A stretch of DNA of 64,000 bases from Octopus sinensis. Taxonomy: Eukaryota. This document shows, in pieces, positions 52,450 through 64,000 of the stretch (within the stretch, counting starts at the first letter, position 1; the number at the start of each line of letters is the position of its first letter). The position numbers were made by a program, and so were the translations under genes. The stretch is from the NCBI RefSeq assembly GCF_006345805.1, contig NC_042998.1:190650001-190714000 (forward strand). The letters are read 5' to 3'. The notes below the pieces were generated by a model. It was given only the letters and a program-made list of their open reading frames with translations, ran no database searches and was not told the origin of the DNA.

Positions 52450-53400
52450 TACTCAAATTACTGCGAATCAATTTTCGATCATCACGTATAAATATTTTAT
52501 TTCTCTTACGACATTAATGTCCTTGAAAAGGCCTGAACATCTCGACTTCCATTCCTCTACCTATGAAAATCCTAGATACCATGTAGTCGAGCTGAAATAT
52601 TACAACATCCATAGTTGGGGTGGGTACCAGACAGTGACAGTGAACTGATCAAAATGTCTTACAGTAATATTTAATTACATTGAAGCATGGATTGAAACCC
52701 ACCTTTTGCCACATACGAATTTCAAATCACAGTTCCATCAGGGATTCATCATCTACGCTTGTCCAATCAACGCATGTAGTTCATGTGATAGTTCTGTAAC
52801 CCGATTGAAACTTTCAGTGGGCAAAATCTATAAATACAGTAAAAAGGCTCCAATTTCGTAGTGTTGAGAAGTCCGAGCCGGTATGATGAGGCTCTCCACT
52901 CTTGCCAGTTTTAGAGTTTCTTCGGTCAAGCTTCGAATTGTACACTCTCTATATCTGTTTTAACGGCTGCATATTCAATCGAAGATGTCGAAGAACTAAA
53001 TATGACGCAGCACTTGTATATTTGCTTAATATATTAAAACCAGCCCAAGTGTAGAACTTCAAACAAACATTTTCCTTGCATTCATATTTTGCTATTTCCA
53101 CCTTACTGCTTCTTATATATTAATCATAATGCATGAACATCTTTTCATACTAACACAGCACGATAAATTATGTTCAATTGCTTGTTCGGCGTTGTGAAAT
53201 TACAACACGAATTTTTTCTTTTAACTATTCAATAACACAGCCCAGCAACGTTGGCACACAAACATCCCCAGCAATCATTAATGACTTTCAACTCTGGAAA
53301 CGTCAGTCGACACAAACAACGACAGATTCATTGAAAAGTTAAGTCGGTAATTTGGTTTTATATGGGAACAACACGCAGCCTTAACAATATCCAATTACCC
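52450..53400 (-). mobile_element. Second, highly decayed RTE-like RT fragment
   Basis: LFTVFIDF..SFNRV near 52800-52850; boundaries uncertain. Confidence 0.45.
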
Positions 53401-53469
53401 ATCAAAAACCTTTGTTGGAACGTCATTTATACTTTCTGACATCAAACTCTGTCGGGCTCGATTTTATTT

Positions 53470-53687
53470 GCTTTGCGGGAGCAACTGTTTTATCGAAAGC
53501 ATATATTGTTGTTAAATGCTCGAAATACGGGACTAGAAAAACAGCCAACAACTGATGAAGGGTCGTTCTTTATGTTGTTTGTTTTCGATTTGTGTCTTTC
53601 GTTGTTCGAAAGACTAGTTCGTGTTCCATGTACTCGTGCTTCGTATTTTTTTGTTGTACACGTTTCGCAATGTCCTGTGCTCACATA

Positions 53688-53742
<55 letters not shown>

Positions 53743-53793
53743 TAATATATATATACGTATATATATATATACGTATAGATGTAAGTATGTACA

Positions 53794-53844
<51 letters not shown>

Positions 53845-53919
53845 GTATAGATGTAAGTATGTACACATATGTACATATATATATATTATATATATATATA
53901 TATATATAATATATATATA

Positions 53920-53977
<58 letters not shown>

Positions 53978-54275
53978 ACATATATTTTTTGTCCTGTTTT
54001 TACCATTATTGTTTTTTGTATTTTATATTCGTGTGGCATCGTCCGTTTTTCTGTCCCTGTTTCGTATACATTCGATCCTTCTTCCAAGAAATCTAATGCT
54101 CGCAGCTTAGTTTTCCTTGGGGCTGGCCGGATCGGAGCGATCTCAAGATTAATCAGCCGAAATTGCTAGGATGATCCGGTTCTTGACTGAAGATTGAAGG
54201 CTTCGAATGTCCCGTCCGTGTTTTTTGTATCGTCTTCTAAATGTTTCACGTTCTTGTCCCAGTTTGTATATTTCT
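53470..54275 (+). mobile_element. pLTR-like units P4 and P5 separated by a long (TA)n tract
   Basis: Similarity to 32640-33150. Confidence 0.6.
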
Positions 54276-54360
54276 ACATATAATATATATATATATATAT
54301 AATATAGATATATACATACATACATACATATATACATATATATGTATGTATGTATATATG

Positions 54361-54394
<34 letters not shown>

Positions 54395-54504
54395 TGTATG
54401 TATGTATGTATGTATGTATGTATGTAGTATGTATGTATGTATGTATGTATGTATGTATGTATGTATGTATGTATGTATGTATGTATGTATAACGTACATA
54501 TAGG

Positions 54505-54810
54505 AGCAGCATGGCTGTGTGGTAAGTCCTGGTTTCAGTTCCACTGCGTGGCACCTTGGGCCAGTATCGTCTACTACGGCCTTATGAGTGAATTTGATAG
54601 ATGGAAACTGAATAAAGCCCGTCGTATATATATATGCGTATATTTGTGTGTGAGTCTGTGTTTCTCCCTCACCATCGATTGACAACCAGTTCGGCAAAGG
54701 AGACTGATAGAATAAGAACTAGGCTTACAAAAATTAAGTCCTGGGGCCGATTATAGACAGTGCTCCGGCATGACTGCAGTCAAATGACTGAAACAAGTAA
54801 AAGAATAAGA
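54505..54810 (+). mobile_element. SINE family C copy
   Basis: GTGGCACCTTGGGC core and GACTGAAACAAGTAAAAGA tail. Confidence 0.85.
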
Positions 54811-54824
54811 GTAAAGTAATATGT

Positions 54825-56005
54825 AAAGTTCTTTTTGAATCTAAAATATACTTTCCTTCAGTTTCTACAATGCTCTTTCATCTATTTGGTAGATTTGCAA
54901 GGCCCTTCTTCCAAACTTCACTTGTCCGTGATGTCCGTGAAAAATACTCCTCCAGTACTGTTTTAACCTCGTCTACATAATTCATATTTTTCCGTCTAAA
55001 TGATTTTGAAGACTGCGGAATAAACGATAATCAGATGGGGCAATGTCCGGCGATTATGGTTGGTGGGGCATCGTTTCTCACTCAAACTGCTCCAGCCTGT
55101 CGACTGTCATCCTCGTTGTATTGACCGAGCATTATCCTGATGGAAGAACACCTTTCGTCTTCAAACCAAAGATGGTCGTTTTTCTTCTAGCGCTGAGTTA
55201 AGCCGCTCAAGCTGCTCGTAGTAGATCTCCTATGAAAGTTGAAAGTGCACTAAACCTTTCATATCCCACCAAACAGATAACAACGCCTTACGTGGGTGAT
55301 GACCTTCTTTAGCCTTGGGTCTTTAGCCGGTATTTCTCCTTTTCCTACCCACTGTTTTCGGCGCTTGACATTTCTATAGAGAACCCATTTCTCGTCACCA
55401 GTTGCTATTCTGTTCAAAAAAGGTTCGTTCGTGAGGCATGATAGCGATTAGGCTCGGAAAGTTTGCAAGGAACCCATTGACCCAATTTGTTGACTTTTCC
55501 GATGGCACGCAGGTGTCGATGAATAGTTGAATGACCAAATCCAAGTTTCTCTGCTAGTTCCTCAACAGTTACGATTGGAGTTTGCGCCCCAGGGTTTACA
55601 GGACATCATCATCGAGCTCTACAGATCTACCAGGACGAGGCTCGTCTTCTAGGCTGTAGTTTCCGGCTCAGAATTTCTGGAATTACTGTTGACACTAGCT
55701 TACACTTATTGTCCGATCCCCATATACCGCATTAATATTCCTCACACTTTCCGTTGCGTTGTTGCCTTTATTGAACACATAAAGCAAAATATGCCTAATA
55801 TGCTCCTTTGTAACTTCCATTATAGCTTTAGAATAAGTAACTGTTAAAATCGAACTGCACTCTTCAAAACTTGCACTACAAATAAGGACAAGGTAAAATT
55901 ACTATCAGCTTTTATAGCAAGCTGATGCAGGTAGTTTATGCCGTCCCTCTCCGACTTTTAGTTCATGAAATTGAAAAAACCGCATTATTTATGGGATGAC
56001 CTAGT
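54825..56005 (-). mobile_element. mariner relic (mauritiana/Mos1-like)
   Basis: MEVTKEHIRHILLY..., GQWVP, IATGDEKWVLY, HQDNAR; TIR-like TA-CTAGGTCATCCCATAAATAATGCG at ~56005. Confidence 0.85.
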
Positions 56006-57342
56006 ATTACACATGCGTGTATGCGTGTGCCTATGTCTGTCTGTTTCTTTTGTGTGTGTGTGTGTGTATGTATGTGTGTGTATATATATACACACACCTA
56101 CACATATGTACGTACGTACGTATGCTTGTATGTATGTATGTGTGTGTGTGTGTTGTGTGTGTGTGTGTGTGTGAGTGTGTGTGTGTGTGTGTGTGTGTCT
56201 GTGTGTCTGTGTGCATGTATAGTCTAGGATTTCAGCTCTGGTACCTTCTGCCAAATTTCACGATTTAGGTATCAGTCAACCTGGGGCTTCCCGAAGCCAT
56301 TCGTCGAAGAATAGAATTTCTCGGCCTCAGACCGCTGTCTGCACTTACATTATCTTGTTTACATTTTAACAGCTGCAAGTAAAATTCTGCTCTAGATGTC
56401 TTGAAATAGCATTACTTTTAACCCTATAAACAATTAATATATTGTTATATGTCGTCATCTTGAGATAATTGACTTCTTCGCTCTGGGCCATGTTCTCATT
56501 TCTCCTCTCCTATGATATATCTTTGTCTAACACTTGTTCTCCTCTTCTTTTCTCATTGAATTCCTTTCCTAATGGATTTTATTTATTTACAATGAAATAT
56601 CGAAAGAATTCTAGTCACCTTTCATTAGATCGTTTTTATTAATTTCCATTCGACATTTCGAAATTGAAGTACTTCTTCTTCATTCCAATATTTTCCTGTC
56701 CATTTTAGATGTCCAAACCTTGTGAATACCGACATGTCAGATGATTCAATGCATTTGTCTGTCTTTATCGAGTGTTCATGTTTTACAGTGAAAGCGCAAA
56801 GCTGAAGAGTTCTAACACTCCGCAAGGATTTTTCATAGATTTAGTGAAAGGTGTTTCGATGTCAAGAGTGTTTTCATGTTCAGGAAACGAGGTTTTACTA
56901 TTCCTATTCTATTAATTTCTGTATCATACTTCCTGTTTTCTTCGATGAGTTAACCAAGCTATTTATAAATTTTGACACCTCTTCTGATTCTATGACATTT
57001 ATTCCCGTGTTTCTTTTATGCTTTGCTCCCAATAGTAGTAACTAGAAACACTTCTGTTGATAAAGAGATATTTACACTGTGTGTATCCTTATAGCTGTCG
57101 GAAAAGAAGAACCATTCAAATATGCTAGTTGCAGATATTTATTTTGTTCTACTCACATTATAACGTTTAATAGAGAATCAGAAGCTGTAATGTTTTCATG
57201 TAAGTATTCTGTGTAAAACAGTTGTACAGTTGTTAGTTATATAAAACTCTCCTTCATCTGTATCAGTTTAAATTTAAAATATTCTCAGTACACATTAGTT
57301 ATCTTTTTGCAAAGCCTGTGTTGAAAGTGTATGTTCAACGTA

Positions 57343-57722
57343 GAGGCGCAATGGCCCAATGGTTAGGGCAGCGGACTCGCGGTCGTAGGATCGCGGTTTC
57401 GATTCCCAGACCGGGCATTGTGAGTGTTTATTGAGCGAACACACCTAAAGCTTCACAAGGCTCCTGCAAGGGGTGGTGGTGAACCCTGCTGTACTCTTTC
57501 ACCACAACTTTCTCTCACTCTTTCTTCCTGTTTCTGTTGTACCTGTATTTCAAAGGGCCGGCCTTGTCACACTCTGTGTCACGCTGAATCTCCTCGAGAA
57601 CTACGTTAAAGGTACACGTGTCTGTGGAGCGCTCTGCCACTTGCACGTTAATTCCACGAGCAAGCTGTTCCGTTGATCGTATCAGCTGGGACCCTCATTG
57701 TCGTAACCGACGGAGTGCTCCT
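57343..57722 (+). mobile_element. SINE family B, full length
   Basis: A/B boxes; matches the other family B copies. Confidence 0.92.
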
Positions 57723-57755
57723 AAATGTTCAACGTATGTGTCAGGAAAGTTGGGC

Positions 57756-60700
57756 AAAGTCGGTATTTTTGTACTATTACCCCTGACTCGTAAAGCCTGT
57801 ATTTTTTTTACTATTACCCCCGACTCGTAAAACCTGTATTTTTTTTTAACTGTTACACCCGACTCGTGTCCGGGTGGTCGTGTTTCTTGTGTCGTTCTCA
57901 GCCTCTTCACAGAGAGGTTTTACTGTGTTGGCAATACCAGTGTTATTTGTACATTTTGAATTAGTGATTTTGGTTGTTGGCATATTTCTTTTCAAGAAAT
58001 GTAAATTGATGGAGTAATTGTTTCTTATCGCAATATTCTTGAAGTCTCTTTATGCAGCCTATCGAGGTGTCTTTTCCTAGTCTTTTTGTAGAACTGATAT
58101 AGGCATTGGTCCCGGTTTTTTACTATTACGCCCGACTCGTATAGCCTGTATTTTTGTACTATTAGGCCCGACTCGTACAGCCTGTATTTTTTCACTATTA
58201 CACTCGACTCGTAAAGCCTGTATTTTTGTACTATTACGCCCGACTCGTAAAGCCTGTATTTTTGTACTATTACGCCCGACTCGTATAGCCTGTATTTTTG
58301 TACTATTACGCCCGACTCGTAAAGCCTGTATTTTTTCACTATTACACCCAACTCGTAAAGCCTGTATTTTTGTACTATTACGCCCGACTCGTAAAGCCTG
58401 TATTTTTTCACTATTACACCCGACTCGTAAAGCCTGTATTTTTGTACTATTACGCCCGACTCGTAAAGCCTGTATTTTTGTACTATTACGCCCGACTCGT
58501 AAAGCCTGTATTTTTTCACTATTACACCCGACTCGTAAAGCCTGTATTTTTTCACTATTACACCCGACTCGTAAAGCCTGTATTTTTTTACTATTACACC
58601 CGACTCGTAAAGCCTGTATTTTTGTACTATTACGCCCGACTCGTAAAGCCTGTATTTTTGTACTATTACGCCCGACTCGTAAAGCCTGTATTTTTGTACT
58701 ATTACACCCGACTCGTAAAGCCTGTATTTTTTACTATTACACCCGACTCGTAAAGCCTGTATTTTTGTACTATTACGCCCGACTCGTAAAGCCTGTATTT
58801 TTGTACTATTACGCCCGACTCGTAAAGCCTGTATTTTTGTACTATTACGCCCGACTCGTAAAGCCTGTATTTTTGTACTATTACGCCCGACTCGTACAGC
58901 CTGTATTTTTGTACTATTACGCCCGACTCGTAAAGCCTGTATTTTTGTACTATTACGCCCGACTCGTAAAGCCTGTATTTTTTTTACTATTACGCGGACC
59001 CGACTCGTAACCTGTATTTTTGTACTATTACACCCGACTCGTAAAGCCTGTATTTTTTACTATTACACCACCCGACTCGTAAGCCTGTATTTTTTACTAT
59101 TACAACCCCACTCGTAAAGCCTGTATTTTTTTACTATTACACCCCGACTCGTGAAAGTCTGTATTTTTTACTATTACACCCGACTCGTAAAGCCTGTATT
59201 TTTTACTATTACACCCGACTCGTAAAGCCTGTATTTTTGTACTATTACACCCAACTCGTAAAGCCTGTATTTTTTACTATTACGCCCGACTCGTAAAGCC
59301 TGTATTTTTTACTATTACACCCGACTCGTAAAGCCTGTATTTTTTACTATTACACCCGACTCGTAAAGCCTGTATTTTTTACTATTACACCCGACTCGTA
59401 AAGTCTGTATTTTTTACTATTACACCCGACTCGTAAAGCCTGTATTTTTTACTATTACACCCGACTCGTAAAGCCTGTATTTTTTACTATTACACCCGAC
59501 TCGTAAAGCCTGTATTTTTTACTATTACACCCGACTCGTAAAGCCTGTATGTTTTGTTACTATTACACCCGACTCGTAACCTGTATGTTTGTACTATTAC
59601 ACCCGACTCGTAAAGCCTGTATTTTTTTCTGACGCCCGACTCGTAAAGCCTGTATTTTGTACTATTACACCCACTCGTAAGCCTGTATTTTTTACTATTA
59701 CACACGACTCGTAAAGCCTGTATTTTTGTACTATTACGCCCGAAACGTAAAGCTTGTATTTTTTACTATTACGCGCAGACTCGTAAAGCTTGTATTTTTT
59801 ACTATTACTACGACGCCAGACTCGTACAGCCTGTATTTTGTACTATTACGCCCGACTCGTAAAGCCTGTATTTTTGTACTATTACGCCCGACTCGTAAAG
59901 CCTGTATTTTTGTACTATTACACCCGACTCGTAAAGCCTGTATTTTTGTACTATTACACCCGACTCGTAAAGCCTGTATTTTTGTACTATTACGCCCGAC
60001 TCGTAAAGCCTGTATTTTTGTACTATTACGCCCGAAACGTAAAGCTTGTATTTTTTACTATTACGCCAGACTCGTAAAGCTTGTATTTTTTACTATTACA
60101 CCAGACTCGTACAGCCTGTATTTTTGTACTATTACGCCCGACTCGTAAAGCCTGTATTTTTGTACTATTACGCCCGACTCGTAAAGCCTGTATTTTTTTT
60201 ATTATTACGCCCGACTCGTAAAGCCGTATTTTTGTACTATTACGCCCGACTCGTAAAGCCTGTATTTTTGTACTATACGCCCGACTCGTAAAGCCTGTAT
60301 TTTTTTTTACTATTACGCGCCCACTCGTAAAGCCTGTATTTTTGTACTATTACGCCCGACTCGTAAAGCCTGTATTTTTTACTATTACCCGAAACGTAAA
60401 GCTTGTATTTTTTACTATTACGCCCGACACGTAAAGCTTGTATTTTTTACTATTACGCCCGACTCGTAAAGCCTGTATTTTTGTACTATTACGCCCGACT
60501 CGTAAAGCCTGTATTTTTGTACTATTACGCCCCGACTCGTAAAGCCTGTATTTTTTACTATTACGCCCGACTCGTAAGCCTGTATTTTTTTTACTAATAC
60601 GCCCGACTCGTAAAGCCTGTATTTTTGTACTATTACGCCCGACTCGTAAAGCCTGTATTTTTTTTCTATTACGCCCGACTCGTAAAGCCTGTATTTTTAC

Positions 60701-61818
60701 TATTACGCCCACTCGTAAAACCTGTATTTTTTTTAACTATTACGCCCGACTCGTAAAGCCTGTATTTTTGTACTATTCGCCCGACTCGTAAAGCCTGTAT
60801 TTTTTTTCTATTACGCCCGACTCGTAAAGCCTGTATTTTTTACTATTAACCCGACTCGTAAAGCCTGTATGTTTGTACTATTACGCCCGACCGTAAAGCC
60901 TGTATTTTTGTACTATTACGCCGCCCGACTCGTAAGCCTGTTATTTTTTTACTATTACGCCCGACTCGTCTAACGCCCGACTCGTAAGCCTGTATTTTTT
61001 TTACTATTACGCCCGACTCGTAAAGCCTGTATTTTGGTACTATTACGCCCGACTCGTAAAGCCTGTATTTTTTTTCTATTACGCCCGACTCGTAAAGCCT
61101 GTATTTTTTACTATTACACCGACTCGTAAAGCCTGTATTTTTGTACTATACGCCCGACTCGTAAAGCCTGTATTTTTGTACTATTACGCCCGACTCGTAA
61201 AGTCTGTATTTTTGTACTATTACGCCCGACTCGTAAAACCTGTATTTTTGTACTATTACGCCCGACTCGTAAAGCCTGTATTTTTGTACTATTACACCCG
61301 ACTCGTAAAGCCTGTATTTTTTACTATTACACCCGACTCGTAAAGCCTGTATTTTTGTACTATTACGCCCGACTCGTAAAGCCTGTATTTTTTTTACTAC
61401 TACGCCCGACTCGTAAAGCCTGTATTTTTGTACTATTACGCCCGACTCGTAAAGCCTGTTTTTTTTTACTATTACGCCCGACTCGTAAAGCCTGTATTTT
61501 TGTACTATTACGCCCGACTCGTAAAGCCTGTATTTTTTTTACTATTACGCCCGACTCGTAAAGCCTGTATTTTTGTACTATTACGCCCGACTCGTAAAGC
61601 CTGTATTTTTTTTACTATTACGCCCGACTCGTAAAGCCTGTATTTTTGCACTATTACGCCCGACTCGTAAAGCCTGTATTTTTGTACTATTACGCCCGAC
61701 TCGTAAAGCCTGTATTTTTTTTACTATTACGCCCGACTCGTAAAGCCTGTATTTTTGTACTATTACGCCCGACTCGTAAAGCCTGTATTTTTTACTATTA
61801 CGCCCGACTCGTAAAGTC
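57756..61818. repeat. 36-bp tandem satellite, ~105 units (CCCGACTCGTAAAGCCTGTATTTTTGTACTATTACG)
   Basis: Contiguous units with no spacers; ~3 units at 57756-57867 and ~103 units at 58114-61818 (estimated from length). Confidence 0.97.
57868..58113 (-). mobile_element. Retroelement ORF fragment embedded in the satellite (R4/Dong-like N-terminus, tentative)
   Basis: LYQFYKKTR-KDTSIGCIKRLQEYCDKK...; about 90% identical by eye over ~103 bp to 62419-62520. Confidence 0.4.
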
Positions 61819-62418
61819 TGTGTTGAGAACGAATTTGCAAAGTCTGTGTTGAGAACGAATTTGCAAAGTCTGTGTGTTTGTTTAATTAGAAAATTGATTT
61901 ACGCAAAGGTGAGTTGTATAAACTAATCTTTAGTTGAAAATTTTAAATTAGAGAATTTCTTAACGGAGGGGAATAACAAAGATAGCATAACGACTATGTT
62001 GCTCAACCGCAAAAGCATTCGAAATAATACAACTATTGAACAGTAATACCGCAAACAGTAATACTCCAAACTAACTGCATGATGATTGTTCTAGAATTAT
62101 CCCTAACTCTGCTGCCCAATGACTCTTTCAGAGTAAAATTAAGATATGCTTAAATATTGCGATCCTAGATTGGTTATTTTTTTTGTATACAGCGTGGAGA
62201 AGGAGAATCTGACGTGTTTGGACCGAACGTTTATCTCAGAGGGTATTTTGCTCTCTTTATTTTTATGAAAAGGCAGTCCTGAAATATCAGATTGTTCTTC
62301 TAACCACAGCATATGAACTTGCTCAAACAACATTGCTATAAAACTTTAGCCGATCCAGTCTACCACCAGTTTCCTCAGACTACATACCTACATACATACA
62401 TATTTTAGTGGACTTCCA

Positions 62419-63000
62419 ACCGGGACCAAGGCCTATATCAGTTCTACAAAAATATTAGGAAAGACACCTCGATAGGCTGCATGAAAAGACTTAAAGAATA
62501 TTGAGATAAGAAACAATCACTGGCAACTACTAAAGCAGCACCCATTGTTACACCCAAAATTAAGTTATCAACAGGCATATTCGAGATTGATAGTTTATCT
62601 GTAATGATTGTTTGAACTGGCAGTGAACTCCCTGTCAACTCTATTAACAAAATGCTAAGGCTACATGCTGGGGTATGCAGAAAAAAATAAAATTGATGTC
62701 ACCCACATGCCACACTGTATCACTCAGACAACAGCTGCTGAACAGTAGAGAAAGAAATGAGTACATTACATGCATACTCAAAAGATGAGAACAACAACAT
62801 CTTCAGAGTTGTAGAACTATAGAGTAGGTACTCTGAGAATACAACTATCTCAGGTGACCCCAAAAAGGCTAATTTGACCTTCTTCAACAGGAGCACGTGG
62901 TAGAAGCAGGCATCATACCAATGAAAAGCAATGCATGAATACATATCCCAAAAGCTAGAGGATAACAAGTATTGACAAGGAGAGTAGCCTCTTCTGGATC
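62419..63000 (+). mobile_element. Sister copy of the same element, decayed
   Basis: Starts CCGGGACCAAGGCCTATATCAG; RDQGLYQFYKNIRKDTSIGCMKRLKEY*D; 3' extent uncertain. Confidence 0.45.
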
Positions 63001-63334
63001 TGTGATCTGGAGCTCTCTCAAGAACTCAAATCTCAATGTGTGTGCGTAGACATAATAAATTTGTCAGCCTTTGGATAGGAATGTTTACTGCAATTGATTT
63101 AATATAACTTTATAAGATGCACAAAACTATTATATCATAGGACCCTAAGACACTTATTCAGCAGAAACACATGTTGGAATGTAATATGAAGAAAATGCTT
63201 TTTATTAAATAAATTTTAATGCTGTATAACTTTCCATTCTTCATTAGTACTCTACATGGAATCTATTGAAGCGAAGGTATATATTGTTTATGGCGAAGGT
63301 ATATATTGTTTATGGCGAAGGTATATATTGTTAT

Positions 63335-63563
63335 GGCGGTGAGCTGGCAGAAACATTAGCACGCCGGGCGAAATGCTTAGCGGTATTTCGTCTGCCGTTA
63401 CGTTCTTAGTTCAAATTCCGCCGAGGTCGACTTTGCCTTTCATCCTTTCGGGGTCGATAAATTAAGTACCAGTTACGCACCGGGATCGATGTAATCGACT
63501 TAATCCCTTTGTCTGTCCTTGTTGTCCCCTTGTGTTTAGCCCCATGTGGGCAATAAAGAAATA
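63335..63563 (+). mobile_element. SINE family A monomer with 17-bp TSD and triplicated 5' flank
   Basis: GGTATATATTGTTTATG at 63564-63580, and three copies of it within 63271-63335. Confidence 0.93.
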
Positions 63564-64000
63564 GGTATATATTGTTTATGTTTGTAACGTCCTTGTTCAG
63601 GTGAGTTGGTTTGTGAAACAGTTTGTTTTAAACAACCTCAAACGATTACATATGTGACCTTAGCTCATAGAGAATGAGAGCTCATGCATACAGTGTTCTA
63701 TATTAGCCGAAATATCCACATTGTAGTTCCTGTACTTTATCTAGTGGCTTATAAGACAGAAACATTATAAATATACCTAATTTTTGCAGGCTCTTTCTTG
63801 AACCACTCCTTTCAGTAACTCAAAACCTAACCTGATGTTTATAAGACATAAGTTGATTTTGTGGAACATATTTTTCTTTTGGAGAAAGTGCCCCTCACAA
63901 GGCATTAACTACAATTTTAATTTTTACATCTTTTCCTTTCTTATCTTATTTTCTCTTATGATTCAGAGCTAATGTTCAAGAAATTATTTCTTAGTAATGC

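Noticed and set aside
52702-52827. Minus-strand exon with strong acceptor and donor
   Set aside because: All three frames are closed, and the segment aligns by eye with the RTE RT motif FIDF..AFDRV.
54180-54215. HHR in family P5 (CTGAAGA...TTCGAATGT; also ~32915-32945)
   Set aside because: Both copies have GAAT rather than GAAA, and no convincing helix I.
56560-57300. Possible Sola/Zator-like transposase remnant on the minus strand
   Set aside because: Only faint motif resemblance (FSDSY, FTVKHEHS); not enough to call.
57756-61818. CRISPR array (36-bp period, hairpin in the repeat)
   Set aside because: Units are contiguous with no unique spacers; no leader or cas genes; eukaryotic context.
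58114-61818. CENP-B box in the satellite unit
   Set aside because: Only the AnnCGGG half matches on the minus strand; TTCG is absent at the required spacing.
58025-61852. Repetitive proteins (KYRLYESGVIV, YYYARLVKPVFL) encoded by the array
   Set aside because: A 36-bp unit is stop-free in several frames on both strands by chance, and frequent 1-bp indels break the frames.

Overview
AT-rich eukaryotic DNA dominated by transposon debris and microsatellites, with no prokaryotic gene architecture. The SINE repertoire and microsatellite load suggest an octopod cephalopod (inference, not verified). Contents: at least three tRNA-derived SINE families, four mariner relics, and Tc1, rosa-like, pogo/Tigger and hAT fragments. 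There are also RTE, CR1/L2 and L1/Tx1 LINE fragments, Penelope-like elements (PLE), one complete non-autonomous Helitron, and a ~4 kb array of a 36-bp satellite. No host gene can be named; a few phase-compatible minus-strand exon candidates may belong to one long-intron gene. Most interesting: (1) several families of hammerhead-ribozyme (HHR) modules, including a complete type I HHR at 20542-20650 and a tRNA-headed SINE carrying an HHR at 3704-3998; (2) a SINE that repeatedly inserts at two fixed positions inside its own family, building concatemers; (3) a spacer-less 36-bp satellite with higher-order structure, microhomology ends and an embedded retroelement fragment whose sister copy lies inverted beyond the array. 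Most ORF-track entries are microsatellite artefacts. All family assignments are by-eye motif recognition; no searches were run.
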